Positions 11,337 to 24,221 of a DNA stretch of 64,000 nt are shown in pieces (the stretch's first letter is position 1; each line of letters opens with the position of its first letter). The notes below the pieces were generated by a model, which did not search any database, was not told where the DNA came from, and worked only from the letters and a program-made list of their open reading frames with translations. Position numbers and translations under genes: made by a program. The stretch is from Heteronotia binoei (taxonomy: Eukaryota), in contig NC_083243.1 of the NCBI RefSeq assembly GCF_032191835.1, positions 169,818,001 through 169,882,000 on the forward strand, given 5' to 3'.

Positions 11337-11705
11337 GAGGGAAGGGATGTGTGATCTGTCTACCCAAAAGGCACCCCAAGCTATCTCACTGTACACACAG
11401 AGCAAAGGGTATCCAAGGACCAGACTGGAACGGGGTGGGGCCTGTCATCACAACACTGGATTTGTAGCTGCCCTCAGCTCGCCAGTGACTGTACCATCCA
11501 GCAAACTGCTGGTTCTGCCTAGGGCATCTCCACACCAACTTATGCCAACCGGCTGGAGAATGAGCAGGAGTGGGTACTGGCAAGGAAGGGTGGGTGGGTG
11601 AGTGCCATGAGGGCTCATATAAACTCTGAGAAATCTCCCAGCAGCCTTTCAAGGCACCTCTGTCCCTCATCCACTTCCCTCTCAATGGCAAGCAGTCCTT
11701 CCAGG

Positions 11706-11899
11706 CAAAGTTCCCTCTAAGATGCGGAGTTTTGTGAGCAAAAATTCTACTTTGTGAGCTACTGGCATGAAAGTTGTGAGCTACTGCATAAATTAGTTTG
11801 CTCTGGGGCCATTTTTCCTGAACTAAGAAAAAAATGTGTGAGCCAGAGGCTTAAAAATTGTGAGCTAGCTCACACTAACTCAACTTAGAGGGAACACTG
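11706..11899. mobile_element. hAT-type MITE (CAGTGTTCCCTCTAAG TIR)
   Basis: Right TIR cttagagggaacactg; perfect 8-bp TSD cttccagg. Partial copy near 32043-32110. Confidence 0.88.
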
Positions 11900-12880
11900 C
11901 TTCCAGGTGCCCAGTAGTCACCATGACAGCCACTGCCAGTCCCTCCATTAATTGCTGTCCCTTCCTACCACTCATGACAGCTCTCCAGCTGCTCCTACTT
12001 CATCACTGCCCATGTAGATGACAGAGTGTGTGGGATGGGCTGTGCCAGGCATGGCCCCCTTGCCCAGATTTCCAACCTTGTCTGGTCCACCTGCAGCCAT
12101 TGCATCTGCCTCAGGGACATGCCTCATCCTTGCCAACCCTAGCCTCCCCTGTGTCTGGGGAGCCTGGGGTGCTACCGTCCAAAGATGAGCCTGCCTGCTG
12201 TTGCCTCCCCCTCAGCTGCTGGACCCATGGTCTCTGTGATGCCCTGTGATCACAGGGCCACAGAGGCTACTGTTGCTGTTTGCCTCATTGTAGGGAGGAT
12301 GCAGAGGTGGTCCATGACATTAGCAGCATACCTCAGAGAATAGAGACTTAGGGATAGGAGGAGAAGAGGGTAGATAGTCAGCTGGTGCTCCCAGTTAGGT
12401 GCACACACTGTGGTGCCCTAAGAACCACCTTGCCTCTTCCAGCCTCCTTGGACCTTCTCTTCACCCAATTGCATCTCCTCCTGCCTGGACATGTGGACGT
12501 GGGGCCCATGATGTGAGGTCCCTGAGGTGTCAGAGAAGCAGCCTGACTATGGATATGAGAGCATGACAATGGCAGAGTCACCCTCTTCTGTGGGGGTAAG
12601 AGTGGGGCCCAGTTGCTCTGGCTGATACTTTATCCAGGGGCCCCCTCAGTGACCTACAAGGATGGTCCTGTGACAGCATCCCCACTCTGTGAGGTGTAGG
12701 GAACCACTCAGGGCACCCAGAGGCTGGGTGATGCACCATGGGAAGACACTGATCCTTTTTCTTGCCCTATCCCCATGTGGATATCACCCAGCAGGAGGGG
12801 GCTGTATGTGCAAAGGAATAATCTGCGGAGAGAACTGGTACGTAATTTAGGTCAGCTCACCCCGTTACAATACATGAACT

Positions 12881-13076
12881 CAGGGCTTTTTTCGTAGAAA
12901 AAGCCTAGCAGGAACTCATTTGCATATTAAGCCATGCCCACTGGTGTCACCATTGTTTCACACAGAGGGTTTTGTAGAATAAGCCCAGCAGGAACTAATT
13001 TGCATATTATGCCACACCCCATCACCAAGCCAGCCAGAACAGTGTTCCTGTGCGTTCCTGTTCAAAAAAAGCCCTG
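12881..13076 (+). mobile_element. hAT-type MITE (CAGGGCTTTTTT TIR)
   Basis: TIRs cagggctttttt / aaaaaaagccctg; perfect TSD catgaact. Partial copies near 29177-29335 and 46605-46711. Confidence 0.9.
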
Positions 13077-13316
13077 CATGAACTCCAAATTGCATTTGAA
13101 ATTGTATTTTTTGGACCAAAATAGGAAGGCATATTATTGCAATACAATTGGTATATGCACCTGATTAGGACACAGGGTGATATTATATGAGGCCTCTGTC
13201 ATATACCTTAGCCTTGAGCTATTGATAATTATTATATAATTTTCACGGCCCTATGCTGATTAATATTTTGTCTTACTATTGCAACGTTAAGTCGATGTGT
13301 ATTAATTACATTTGAC

Positions 13317-13326
13317 CAGGGCTTTT

Positions 13327-13367
<41 letters not shown>

Positions 13368-13548
13368 CAGGAACGCACAGGAACGCAGTTCTGGCTAGCT
13401 TGGTGTCAGGGGGTGTGGTCAAATAAGTAAATGAATTCCTGCTGGGCTTTGTCTATAAAAAGCCCTGTGTGAAACAATAGTGGTTTAAGGGTTATGGCCT
13501 GACATGCAAATGAGTTCCTGCTAGGCTATTTCTACCAAAAAAACCCTG
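13317..13548 (-). mobile_element. Same MITE family in opposite orientation, containing (TA)18
   Basis: Body is the reverse complement of the 12881-13076 family; TSD catttgac / tgtttgac; (TA)n at 13331-13366. Confidence 0.85.
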
Positions 13549-13729
13549 TGTTTGACCACTGAAGAAGGTCAGTTGGCCAAAATGCATCAGGTCACAAAAG
13601 GTCATGTTTGTGAATAATGTATGTTTTTCATTCTTATTGAGGCGACATTTGACCTATAACTGTTTTTAAATCATTTGTAATTAATACATATATTTTAATA
13701 ACCTGTATTATCTATATAATTATTATTAA

Positions 13730-13790
13730 CTAGGAATAAGGCCTGTTGTGGAGAAAAATATAATGAGCTTTAGAAAGAGGCTCTGGGTGA
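13730..13790 (-). mobile_element. Probable Helitron 3' terminus (copy 1)
   Basis: Minus strand ends in CTAG followed by T, with a degraded subterminal hairpin; similar to the terminus at 22139. Confidence 0.5.
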
Positions 13791-14879
13791 GTGCCCCCCA
13801 CCCTTGCTGTCTTCCCACCCACTTCACTCCCCACCCCCACACATATACCTCAAGGGGAGCTGATCTCTGCCATCTGGAGAGCAGTTGTAATTTTGAGTTA
13901 TCTCCGGCAACAGTGGTTCCCCAGGAGGAAATGGCATTGCACCTGTCTGAGGTCCCACCCCTTCTCAAACCCCACCCTCTCCAGGCTACACTCCTTAAAT
14001 CTTTAGGAATTTCATAACCTGGAGTTGGCAACCCTATTTCCTTCCCTTTATCTGCCCCTCTGGCTTCAGTTTTCCATCACCTCCCCCCTCCCTACAGCCT
14101 CTGCCTAGGGAAAGGACAATATGTGGAAGAGGACCAAAGCAGCTTACGTCATTCTCTCCCCCTTTTGATCTGAACAACAACCCTGTGAGGCAGGTTAGGC
14201 TGGAAGTCTATGACTGGTTTGAAATAACCCCGTCAGCTTCCACAGCAAGAACCTGTGTCTGGCAGATCCTGCGCTGAAACCCTAACTCCTATGCTTTCCT
14301 CAAACTCCACCACAGAATCTCCAGGAATTTCCCACCAATCTGGAACTAGCAGCTGTAATCAGGACTGGCACCAATGACTTCTCCCTCAGAGGTCTTCACT
14401 GATACCTTTCAGACCAACAGTCTGTCTCTGATAATGTTGTTGGTCTTAAGCACAGGACTTCACTCTCTCTCTCTGGTTTGTTGCCACAGGATGTCATTTT
14501 TCCTCTTTCCAAAGGATAGGGAGTAGTCCTTAGCCAATCAAGGGAAGTCTTTCTCTAGCTGTTTTCCTCCTCCTCCTTCCCTCAGCCAATCGAGGGAAGG
14601 GTTTCTTCCTCTCCTCTGTGAATCAGTGTGACAGGTGGCTCAGCCAACGGGAGAGTAGGGAGAGCCAGTAACTGCCAGAACTAATGTTGGTTGCTTTTTA
14701 CTGACAGAATCAGCTTTGCTGGCTAGCAATAGCCACTTGGGTGGGAGAGAGGAGCGGACTCAACCAATGGTACTCTTGAGTAATAGTTTGAAGAGCCAAA
14801 GGTTAGTGCATCACAGTCCCACCCAGTCAGGTTGCTTGGTTTTGTCAAGGCAAAAGGGCTTTTATCATATTATAGATTA

Positions 14880-15290
14880 TTTATTTATTTCATTTTATTT
14901 GCTTAAACGCCCCATCCCAGCCTAGGCCAGGTTCTGGGAGATGTACATTGGTAAAATACAAGTTAAAACACAAGAAATACACAGATAAACATAACAATAG
15001 GATGAAATTACAATAAAATGACCCTGATGATATCTTGCCAATTGAGTTCTTTTTCCAGGATATTGGAGCATACCGGTGGGAGGAGCCTTTGGGGGGAGGG
15101 ACAGAAAAGGAAAGGTGCCAACTGTCAATGTCCTCAGTCAAAAACCTGGCAGAACATCTCTGTTTTACAGGCCTTGCAGAAATGCCCAAGATCCTGCAGG
15201 GCTCAAGTGTCATCTGGCAGAGAGTTCCACTAGGTTGGGGCCAGGACGGAACACCCCTGGCTCTTGTTGAGGACAGCCAGGCAGGCATCT
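14880..15290 (-). mobile_element. L2 LINE 3' remnant
   Basis: ttatttatt tail and gagagttccactaggttggggccaggacgga...cctggctcttgttgagg, similar to 28030-28220. Confidence 0.55.
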
Positions 15291-16500
15291 TTCTATCATG
15301 TTCTATATCTACTCGTTTGAGGATTGGGCCCTCCTATTTGTATGTATTTAACTGTTTAGGTTTTTAATTAATATTTATTGGGTTAAGTTTTTTTGTCCCC
15401 CTTCCTTTTTTGTTCTTCACAATGGGAATGCCACTGATCCATTCTGCAAACAGCCCTCTATGATGCCCATTTCCTGTGGCTTTTCATCACTCAGAGCGCT
15501 CATTTGCATATCCAAATAGTCCCGAGGTAGATGGGATCCGGGTGTCCCTTCCAGGCCTCCATATGAAATTACCCCCTGAGATTGACCAGCTCTGCTTTCC
15601 TGCGCAAATTACAGCTGCCCAAGGCAAACATCAGGGCAAGCCCATGAAAAGCATCCTTCCCTTGTAGACCCGAGGCATGGCGGTCCTATGAGACCAAGGT
15701 AGCCCCCAGGGAATCCATGACACTCTTCAGAGCCCTTTCAGACGAGCACCTCCAGGTGACTGAGAAACCAAGTGTGGCTGTACACCTCCCTCTGGCCCCT
15801 TCCCCCAAATCCACCTTGTTCTCAAGGAGAGGTCAGCCCTCCCTCCCATCTCTGCGAGGCCAATGTATACTGTTGCCTGGGGGAAAGGGGGCATGCCATT
15901 GCCTGACCCAGTCCCCCATCTGCCCTCCTGTGGTTCTGGTCTTGTCAGAGTGAGGGCCATGTTGCTGTTATTTCTGCAAGGATCAGCTGTTTTGTTAACC
16001 AACCTCTGCACCCTCCCATAGTCCACAGCCCACCACAAACAGAGACAGCCTCATTTGTGCAAATAAACTGGACTTTACTAAAGGGCTGCAGAGACAACGA
16101 TGCAGTTCTGCAAATGTCCAACAGCCACAGAGGCATAGGCCTACAGTTCCTTTCCCTCTCAGGGTGGCTCCCAAATAGGGCATGCGTTCCAAACACCATG
16201 AGGATGGATGTCGGTGCACCCTACCTGTGGCAGGCTGCTGCTGCAGACTGGGCACGGAGAGTGGTCATTGCTCTCTGGCTGGGGTTACATCTTTCCCTGT
16301 TGGATCGGCACCTGTGGTAAGCAGAAATACATGGATTAGCACTGGCAAACAGGCTTCAGTGAAAGTGTTGCAGGGGCAGGGTGGTCCCTCAGGGCCTCCC
16401 TGCGGTGCACCTGTCAGACCCTGAGGCAAACAGATGCTGTGACCCTATCCCTGAGTAAGCTTGCACTGTCCTGTTTGGCACTGTCTCAACTGTTTCGCAC

Positions 16501-16921
16501 TAGGGATGGGCACGAGTCAACAGATTCATGTTTAAAATGTCCAATTTGTGGTTCATTATGAATTGGTTCCACAAATGGTGCTGTGCATGAAATAAAATTT
16601 TAGTTTTGGGGCAATTAATCTGTGTTGTTATCATTGTGTTGTTTCACTATAATAGAGTTTGTTCCCAAGCATCCCTTGACAACGTGCCCAGCACAATAAC
16701 ATCATTTCCAGGTGGCATCGTGCCAGGCACATCATAGTGTGCCAGTGCTTTCTAGTCCTCTATGGGGGCTGTTCCATGCCTTCCCAAACCAAACAAACCA
16801 ATGAACTATAATTTGTTCGGAAAATCAAAGAACACGAAATGAACCAAACCGCCGAACTGGGCAAACCAACAAACCATGAAACGAAATTAATCACCATTTT
16901 CGTGTCCCGTGCCCATACCTA
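16501..16921. mobile_element. hAT-type MITE, same family as 3173-3992 in reverse orientation
   Basis: TIRs tagggatgggcac / gtgcccataccta; TSD tttcgcac / tttggcaa (6/8); gaacc/ggttc-rich subterminal repeats. Confidence 0.82.
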
Positions 16922-17525
16922 TTTGGCAATCATATCCATGCCACCAGTGAATGGAGGGAGCATCTTGTCAGCTGCATCAGAATACTGCTCCTGCAAGCCA
17001 GCGGGTAGAGGCATTGTGTGGGATGGCTCTGCACTCAGGATGGGGCACATTCACACCCGCCTTGGCGTAGTGTGCAGGAGGAGCCCCACCTACTGGTGAG
17101 GCAAGCAGATCAGTGCACAGCTGACAGCTTCGGCCCCCACCCCTGGCAGTTGTCCTGGGCTGGTCCCCACGTCCCACACCCCTTTATGCATAGGGCAAAA
17201 GGGGGAGGGAGCTCTGTGGGGCCTACTTTCTGGGTTGACAGGGTGGCTCACTGCCAGTGCCATTGGACCAGGAGGGGAAGGGTGCCAGGGAAGAGTACCT
17301 TGCCTACCTGTTAGTGTGCGGCTGCCCTTTTGTTCCTGGCGGAGGAGATAGGGTACCTGTTGGAGGTGAAAGCTGGGAGAGGTCAGCCACAAAGTGTGGA
17401 CTTTGCTTTCCCTGTGGTATGCTCTTGCCAAGTGCTCACCCAGTGTTGTTAAGTGCCCTCTCTGTGCATCATTGATCACTCTAAGTCCACATGGCAGGGA
17501 GCTGTCTGTGAGAAAATGACCCCTC

Positions 17526-18778
17526 TGTCACAAACATGGTTGCCAGGGCGCCTGGAGAAGTAAGCTTGCATCCGCCTGGCCAGTGAATGCGAGTGACGCT
17601 ACCCAGGAACTACATAAGACTCCCGTGTACCTATTAACAAGTATATAAGCGCTTGAGTCAGGCACAGAGTGTCTGCAGCCGCGCTCTAATGTTTCCCCGC
17701 CATCGCGTGAAACCCGCCATGGTAAGGAGGAGGCTACGCCGCCACGGAGCTGTCCAGGCGAACGGTGTGAAGCGCTAAGCATGGAAACCACTGTGTTTTG
17801 CTAACACCACATGTAGCCATCTTCCTGCCTGGATGGGATTCATTCCTTCGATGTGGAAACCTCACGTACACACCTTGAGTCATTCCTAGCCCACAAGCAA
17901 CCCACCTAGTCTATGAATGGATTAATGGCTCCACTATTAATCCTGATTGCCCAGTGATTTCCTAAATAACTGTCTTCACCCCGGAGAGTTGAGAAAGAGG
18001 AAGGATCTCTCCTGATACCACCAAGCCCTTTTGTCTACACCGGAATACCTAGGTGCATATCTGATTCTCTATTGTCCCTTTCCCAGTTAATCCCATCTCC
18101 TCCCAATCACCCAGCCATTCCCACATTGATACCAACGGAGCCGCCCCAGGCCCTGTCGCAACCTGGAAGTTTCCAGGATGCCCAGGATGAAGGTGATGTT
18201 CATTGGTTGAAGCACACACCCAATCAGGTGTCGCCATTGACCCACCATTGGTCCAGCCGATGTCCAGCCTTCCTGGTCATCAGCAGAACCTCCCATTACC
18301 ACTCCCAGTCACCTCCCATCCCCTCAGGACTAAGGTGACTCTATATAACCTGTGGACTAGCTACCCACAGGTGTGCCTTCTACTCAGTAAACCCCCATTC
18401 CCGCTGGGTAGTAACACCCCCGATTCCTGATCAGTTTCGGGACCTTTCCCCCATTTCCTCATTCGTCGCCATCGGAGCCTTCCATTGGAGTCTGCGAGAG
18501 GTAGTATTGCCCTGTATGTCCATTCCTTTATGTTCCCCTATCGATCTCTCTATTTTTCCTAGAACTGTATGAATGTGTGATTGATTTTATACCTTGTGTG
18601 AACGAACTATTGTTTCAAATAAACCACAATTGATTTTATTAAATTAGAGTCCTTTATTGAGCATTGACTCTCTGATCGGTTGAGCCTGGTATACAATTGA
18701 TAACAAAGATTCCCTTTTAGGGCTAGCTGTCTCTCAGTCTAATTCCCCAACTTTATTTTGAGAGCAGTTTCCCTAACA
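17526..18778 (+). mobile_element. LTR-like region, possibly two nested solo LTRs
   Basis: Starts with TGTCAC; TATA-like gtatataagc (~17641) and ctatataacc (~18341); AATAAA near 18618; candidate CA ends at 18695 and 18778. No TSD found. Confidence 0.4.
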
Positions 18779-19277
18779 TGTCAGACAACATCCCATGCCA
18801 TGGGCTTTACCTCACGAGTTGTGTGGTGACTCGCTGGAAGCATTTGTAGGCCAGGAGGGGCTATGATTGGGTGCTGAATGGTAAGACTGGTGCCAGGGAG
18901 GTTAATGATTGGGTGTGCCATTACCGGTAGTTCATATCCTGAGCTGGAAGGGTTCCCAAGGGCCCCAAGCATTGTGTATGGGGAATTATTTTTTACATAA
19001 TATGGGTGCCTATGGACTACACTGGCATTTTTGCTCACATAACTTTGTACTTGTTTTTTGGGGGTTATTTCCGCACTGAAAGTGCTTAGGGAGCTGCCTA
19101 ACTGTGGCTACACACACATGGATATTGGCACATGGATATTGACACAGCAGCACAGTGGCATTAGTGCCCTGTGTTGGCATAAAAGTCCCTTTGCCAGTAT
19201 AACTCCAAGTTGTGCCAGTGTAAGGGTCAGTTGGCTCCCTGAGTTAATTCACTCCCATAGGATTGCTCTGCTATAGG

Positions 19278-21845
19278 TTTGTTGTTGTTCAGTCGCACAG
19301 TTGAGTCCAACTCTTTGTGACCCCATGGGGCCCTCCTGTCTTCCACCATCCTCCAAAGTCTGCTCAAATTCGTGTTTGTTACATCAGTAATGCTGTCTAG
19401 CCATCTCATCTTTTGCCAGCCCCTTCTTTTGCCTTCTGTCTTTCCCAGCATCAAGATCTTCTCCAGTGAGTGCTCCCTTCTCATTTGGTGGCCAAAGTAT
19501 TTGAGCTTCAGCTTTAGCATCTGACCTTCCAGGGAACAGTCTGGGTTGATTTCCCTTAGGACTAATTTGATCTTCTTGCAGTCCAAGGGACTCTCAAGAT
19601 TCTTCTCCAGCACCACAGCTCAAAAGCATCTATTCTTCTGCACTCGGCCTTCCTTATGGGCCAATTCTTGCAGCCATACATTCCTACTGGGAATATCATC
19701 GTTTTGACTATATGGACTTTTGTTGGCTGGGTGATGTTTCTACTTTTTATTACACTGCCCAGGTTCACCATAGCTGTCCTCCCAAGGAACAAACATCTTT
19801 TAATTTCATGGCTACAGTCACCATCTGCAGAGATCTTGGATCCCAGAAATTTGAAGTCTGTCACTACTTCCATGTCTTCCCCTTCTATTTGCCAAGATGT
19901 GATGGGGCTGGATGCCATGATCTTAGGTTTTTTTATGTTGAGTTTCAAGCCTACTTTTGTGCTCTCCTCTTTCACCCTCAACAAGAAGTTCTTTCACCCT
20001 TTCAAGAGGTTCTCACTTTCTGACATTAGAGTGGTGTCATCTGCATATCTGAGATTGTTGATATTTTCCCCGGCAATCTTAATTCTGGCTTCTGCTTCAT
20101 CCAGGCCAGCATTCCGCATGATGTACTCTGCATATAAATTAAATAAGCAGGGTGACAATATACATCCATGTAGAACTTATTTTCCTATTCTAAACCAATC
20201 AGTTGCTCCATATCCCGTTCTGACAGTTGCTTCTTGACCCCTATACAGGTTTCTCAGGAGACATGTGAGGTGGACTGGTATTCCCTTCTCTTTAAGGACT
20301 TGCCCCAGTTTGTTGTGATCCACACAATCAAAGGCTTTAGTGTAGTCAATGAAGCAGAAACAGATGTTTTCCTGGTACTCCCGTGCTTTCTTCTACCGTT
20401 TTTGTCTTTTATCATGGCCATCTTTGCACTAAATGTTCCCTTGATTTCTCCGATTTTCTTGAAGAGATCTCTTGTCCTTTCCATTCTATTATTTCTCTAT
20501 TGCTTTGCATTGTTCCTTCAGGAAGGCCTCCTTATCTCTCCTTGGTGTTCTCTGGAAATCTCCATTCAGTTGTGTGAATCTTTCCTTTTCACCTTTGCCT
20601 TTCACTTCCCTTCTTTCCTCAGCTATTTGTAAAGCCTCATCAGACAGCCACTTTGCTTTCTTGCATTTTTTTTTCCTTTGGGATGGTGCTGATTGCTGCC
20701 TTCTGTACAATGTCACGAACCTCCGTCCATAGTTCTTCAGGCACTCTGTCTATCAATTCTAGTTCCTTAAACCTATTCTTCACCTCTACTGTATATTCAT
20801 AAGGGATGTGATCAAGGTCAAACCTGAATGGCCTAATGGCTTCCCCAGTTTTCTTCAGTTTAAGCCTGAATTTTGCAATGAGTAGCTCATTATCTGAGCT
20901 GCAGTCAGCACCAGGTCTTGTTTTTGCTGACTGTAAGGAGCTTCTCTATCTTTATATACTCTATCTGTAGAGTATATAATCAATCTGATTTCTGTGTTGC
21001 CCATCAGGTGATGTCCATGTGTAGAGTCACCTTTTAGGTTGTTGGAAGGTGTTTGCTATGACCAGCTTGTTCTGTTGACAAAATTCTATTAGCCTTTGCC
21101 CGGCTTCATTTTGTTCTCCAAGGCCAAACTTGTCAGTTGTTCCGGTTACCTTTTGACTTCCTACTTTGGCATTCCAGTCCCCTATGATGATGAGGACATA
21201 TTTTTTTGATGTTAGTTCTAGAAGGTGTTGTAGTTCTTCATAGAACTGGTCCACTTCAGTCTCTTCTGTGTCAGTGGTTGGGGCATAGACTTGGATTACT
21301 GCGATATTGAATGGTTTGCCTTGGATATGGACTGAGATCATTCTGTCATTTTTTAGATTGTATCCCATTACTTCCTTCCTCATTCTCTTGTTAACTATAA
21401 AGGCCACACCATTTCTTCTATGGGACTCTTGCCCACAGTAAGAGATGTAGTGATCCTCTGAGTTAAATTCATCCATTTCTGTCCATTTTAGTTCAGTGAT
21501 CCCCAATATGTCGATGTTCAGTCTTGCCATCTCTTGTTTGACCACATTCAGCTTACCTTGATTCATAGATCTTACTTTCCATGTTCCAATGCAGTATTGT
21601 TCTTTGCCGCATTGGACTTTCCTTTCACCATCAGACACATCCACAGCTAAGCATCCTTTCGGCTTTGACCCAGCCACTTCACTCTTTCTGTGGTTAGTTG
21701 TACTTGCTCTCCACTCTTCCCCAGTAGCATAAAGGACATCTTTGGACTTGAGGGGTCATCTTCCAGTGCCATATCTTTTAGCCTTTTGTTACTGTCCATG
21801 GGGTTTTGTTGTTGTTGTTCAGTCACACAGCATGGGGTTTTAGCA
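19278..21845 (-). mobile_element. BovB/RTE LINE, long copy with stops, frameshifts and an internal deletion
   Basis: APE endonuclease (IGTW.VRSMNQGKL, IQVYAPTT, IGDWNAKVG); RT (FCFIDY.KAFDCVDH out of frame, F..LGSKI..DGDCS.EIKR, IDAFELWCWRR.LRVPWTARRSN); (CAA)n 3' tail. The deletion joins KDKNGR to the RT region near 20392. Confidence 0.95.
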
Positions 21846-21994
21846 TCACATTAATATGTATTTATGTTCCAAGTACAGAATCAAAGCAATTTTTCAAATA
21901 ACATTTTGATGAATGGCACAGGTACACTGTAGGTGAGATTATTCCTGCTGGCAATTTTAAATTCTTCGAATATTAAATTCTTTTATATTGCCAT

Positions 21995-22135
21995 GGTATT
22001 TTGCAATCCAACAAAAAGAGATTATACTTTCTTTTCAAGCATTCAAAATAGTTATTCTAGGATAGATCTTGTGTTGAAGACTCCCAGCTTCCTGTTCTTT
22101 GTGCAAGATGTGTGTGCTGGTTCTATGATATCTAA
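21995..22135 (+). mobile_element. L1/Tx1-like endonuclease fragment
   Basis: NPTKRDYTFFSSIQNSYSRIDL...ISNH (SRID and SDH motifs). Confidence 0.65.
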
Positions 22136-22138
22136 TCA

Positions 22139-22200
22139 CTAGGAATAAGGCCTGTTGTGAGGAAAACTACAATGGGCTCTAGAAAGAGGCTCTGGGCAAG
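22139..22200 (-). mobile_element. Probable Helitron 3' terminus (copy 2)
   Basis: Minus strand: gcccattgt...acaacaggc hairpin, then cttattcCTAG, then T. Confidence 0.55.
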
Positions 22201-24104
22201 CGTCTTCCCACCCACCCATCGAAATGAAGGCATTCACAGCCCCCACCATTGGTGTCTTCAAATCAACTGCTTTGTAAGGCAGATTCTGTGTCATTATACC
22301 TGCTGAGGTCCCTTCTCTCCTGCTTTGGTTCACACTGTGGAGAAAACTGTACTTTTCCTAAGCAGAGTCTGCAGGAGAGAAGGGGGAGATGGAAAGCTGA
22401 AGTCAGATCAATTTCCCTACAGAAAATGGCTACTTTGAGGAGCATACCTTGCCTCTCCAGGGTTGAACAACAGTTTGGATTACTCTTTTTTTCTGTGCTT
22501 TTCTCTTGTTTTTTGTAACTGATTAATATGTGGTTTTTGTTATAATTTGTTAAAAAGTGTTATGTGGAATTCTGGTTTGAAGCTTTAATAATGCATATTA
22601 TTGTTCCTAGTCAATTGGGTGTGTAATCATTTAAGCTCCAGGCACTGGTTGTTCATTGAGAGATTTTTGCTCCACTGGAAGAATATTGTGCTGGTTCATA
22701 CTGTTAAAACCTGCAAGTCGTTGAGTGTATCTATTATTATATCATAGTCATAATTTGTTTATTTTCATATATTGGTCCATTATTATTATATTATGAATAT
22801 AGGTTTAGAACATGAAAATTATGGACTGTCAACTACCCCTCCATGAGGAAGATGATTGAAACAAGCTGAACAGATAGCAAGCTACGTCGGAGGTGGGCAG
22901 TGATGTCCAGTTGTTACATTTTTGGCACTTTATGGACTTTGAAGGATTATAGAGACATTTTTGCACAAGCACTTTATTGGATTGCATTATTGTGAGCTCA
23001 CTGCCATTTGAAATCCATTGCATTGTTATAATGCTTGTTTGACTTATTAGAGACTTCTACATTGATTTAGTATATAATTATTATAAGTTGTAATAAAATT
23101 CAGTATTAGTTATTTTTCACAATATTTTCAGTTAATATTACAGCCACAACATGGCTGCCACAGGAAGTGGAACTAACAACAAAATGTCAGGGAGTGAGGT
23201 TATGCATAACTCTGATAGGTGGTCTTCATTTCAGGCAGCTCTGTTTAATGGGGTGCCTTTAAAAAAAAATTAAGATTCTGTTTATTAATTAAAATATTAT
23301 CTTGCGTAAACACAAAATAAATATACATCTTGAGCTAGCTAAGAAACCCTAATCTTCTTTTTGCAGACACCTCACACACGCAAAAGTAGAAGGAATACAT
23401 TCTTCTGATGCTGGCTGTCCTTTTATGTCAGCCCTTCTGTCTTGAGCCCAGCTGTTTTTAACTTGTAATGACAGTACTGAAGAGCTGGTGAGAACTCCTT
23501 GCACATATGTACAGTAAGAAAGAGACTCTGGTCAGATTTTGATAGGAACATAAATTATTTTTGAAAACTGAACAAAAATTTATGTAGTGATAATAATAAT
23601 AATATAATAATAATAAGTTTTTATTTATACCCCGCCCTCCCCGCCAAGGCAGGCTCAGGGTGATGTTATCATCAACCTTCATCTGAATGATAAAGGTACA
23701 TTCAAACGGGGAAGATTTCATGGCTTCAATAGAAATTCCAGTTAAATGTATTAAGCACTTTAGCCCGAAGCTCAGTTGTGTTTAGTCAGAATAAAGTCCT
23801 ACTGTTTTTAAGAATATAACTCCACTATTTGCATAGGTAAAATACTTTACATAAAGACAGAAGTTAGTATCAATTTATCTAATACTCAAAGCAGCCAAAC
23901 CTTTGAATACTTTAATCCAGAAACTGGAGCATAAACATGATACGAGACAGATTTTTCTACAAACCCAAAAAAGTCCCAGGTTTGCAGAAAAATATAAAGT
24001 ATTTGAAAATTATTTTTCAGATAGGTTTGTCAATACTGGGAAATACCTGAGGATGGTGGGGGGGGGGTTGGGGAGGGGCCTCAGCATGGTACTATGCCAT
24101 AGAA

Positions 24105-24221
24105 CAGGGGTGGCCAACAGTAGCTCTCCAGATGTTTTTTGCTTACAACTTGGCCAATGGCTGGGACTGATGGGAGTTGTAGGCAAAAAAATATCTGGAG
24201 AGCTACCATTGGCCACCCCTG
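24105..24221. mobile_element. Fully palindromic hAT-type MITE nested in another MITE
   Basis: caggggtggccaa...ttggccacccctg; perfect TSD ccatagaa. Related palindrome at 55385-55524. Confidence 0.88.

Noticed and set aside
11340-12870. GC-richer degenerate segment with several short ORFs
   Set aside because: No recognisable domain or termini; probably an old TE but not classifiable by eye.
15430-19040. Possible PIF/Harbinger transposase and Myb-like remnants (weak KPYG-like and RGH-like traces)
   Set aside because: Similarity too fragmentary to support without a profile search.
19656-20732. Plus-strand ORFs of up to 193 aa
   Set aside because: Antisense frames of the BovB ORF.
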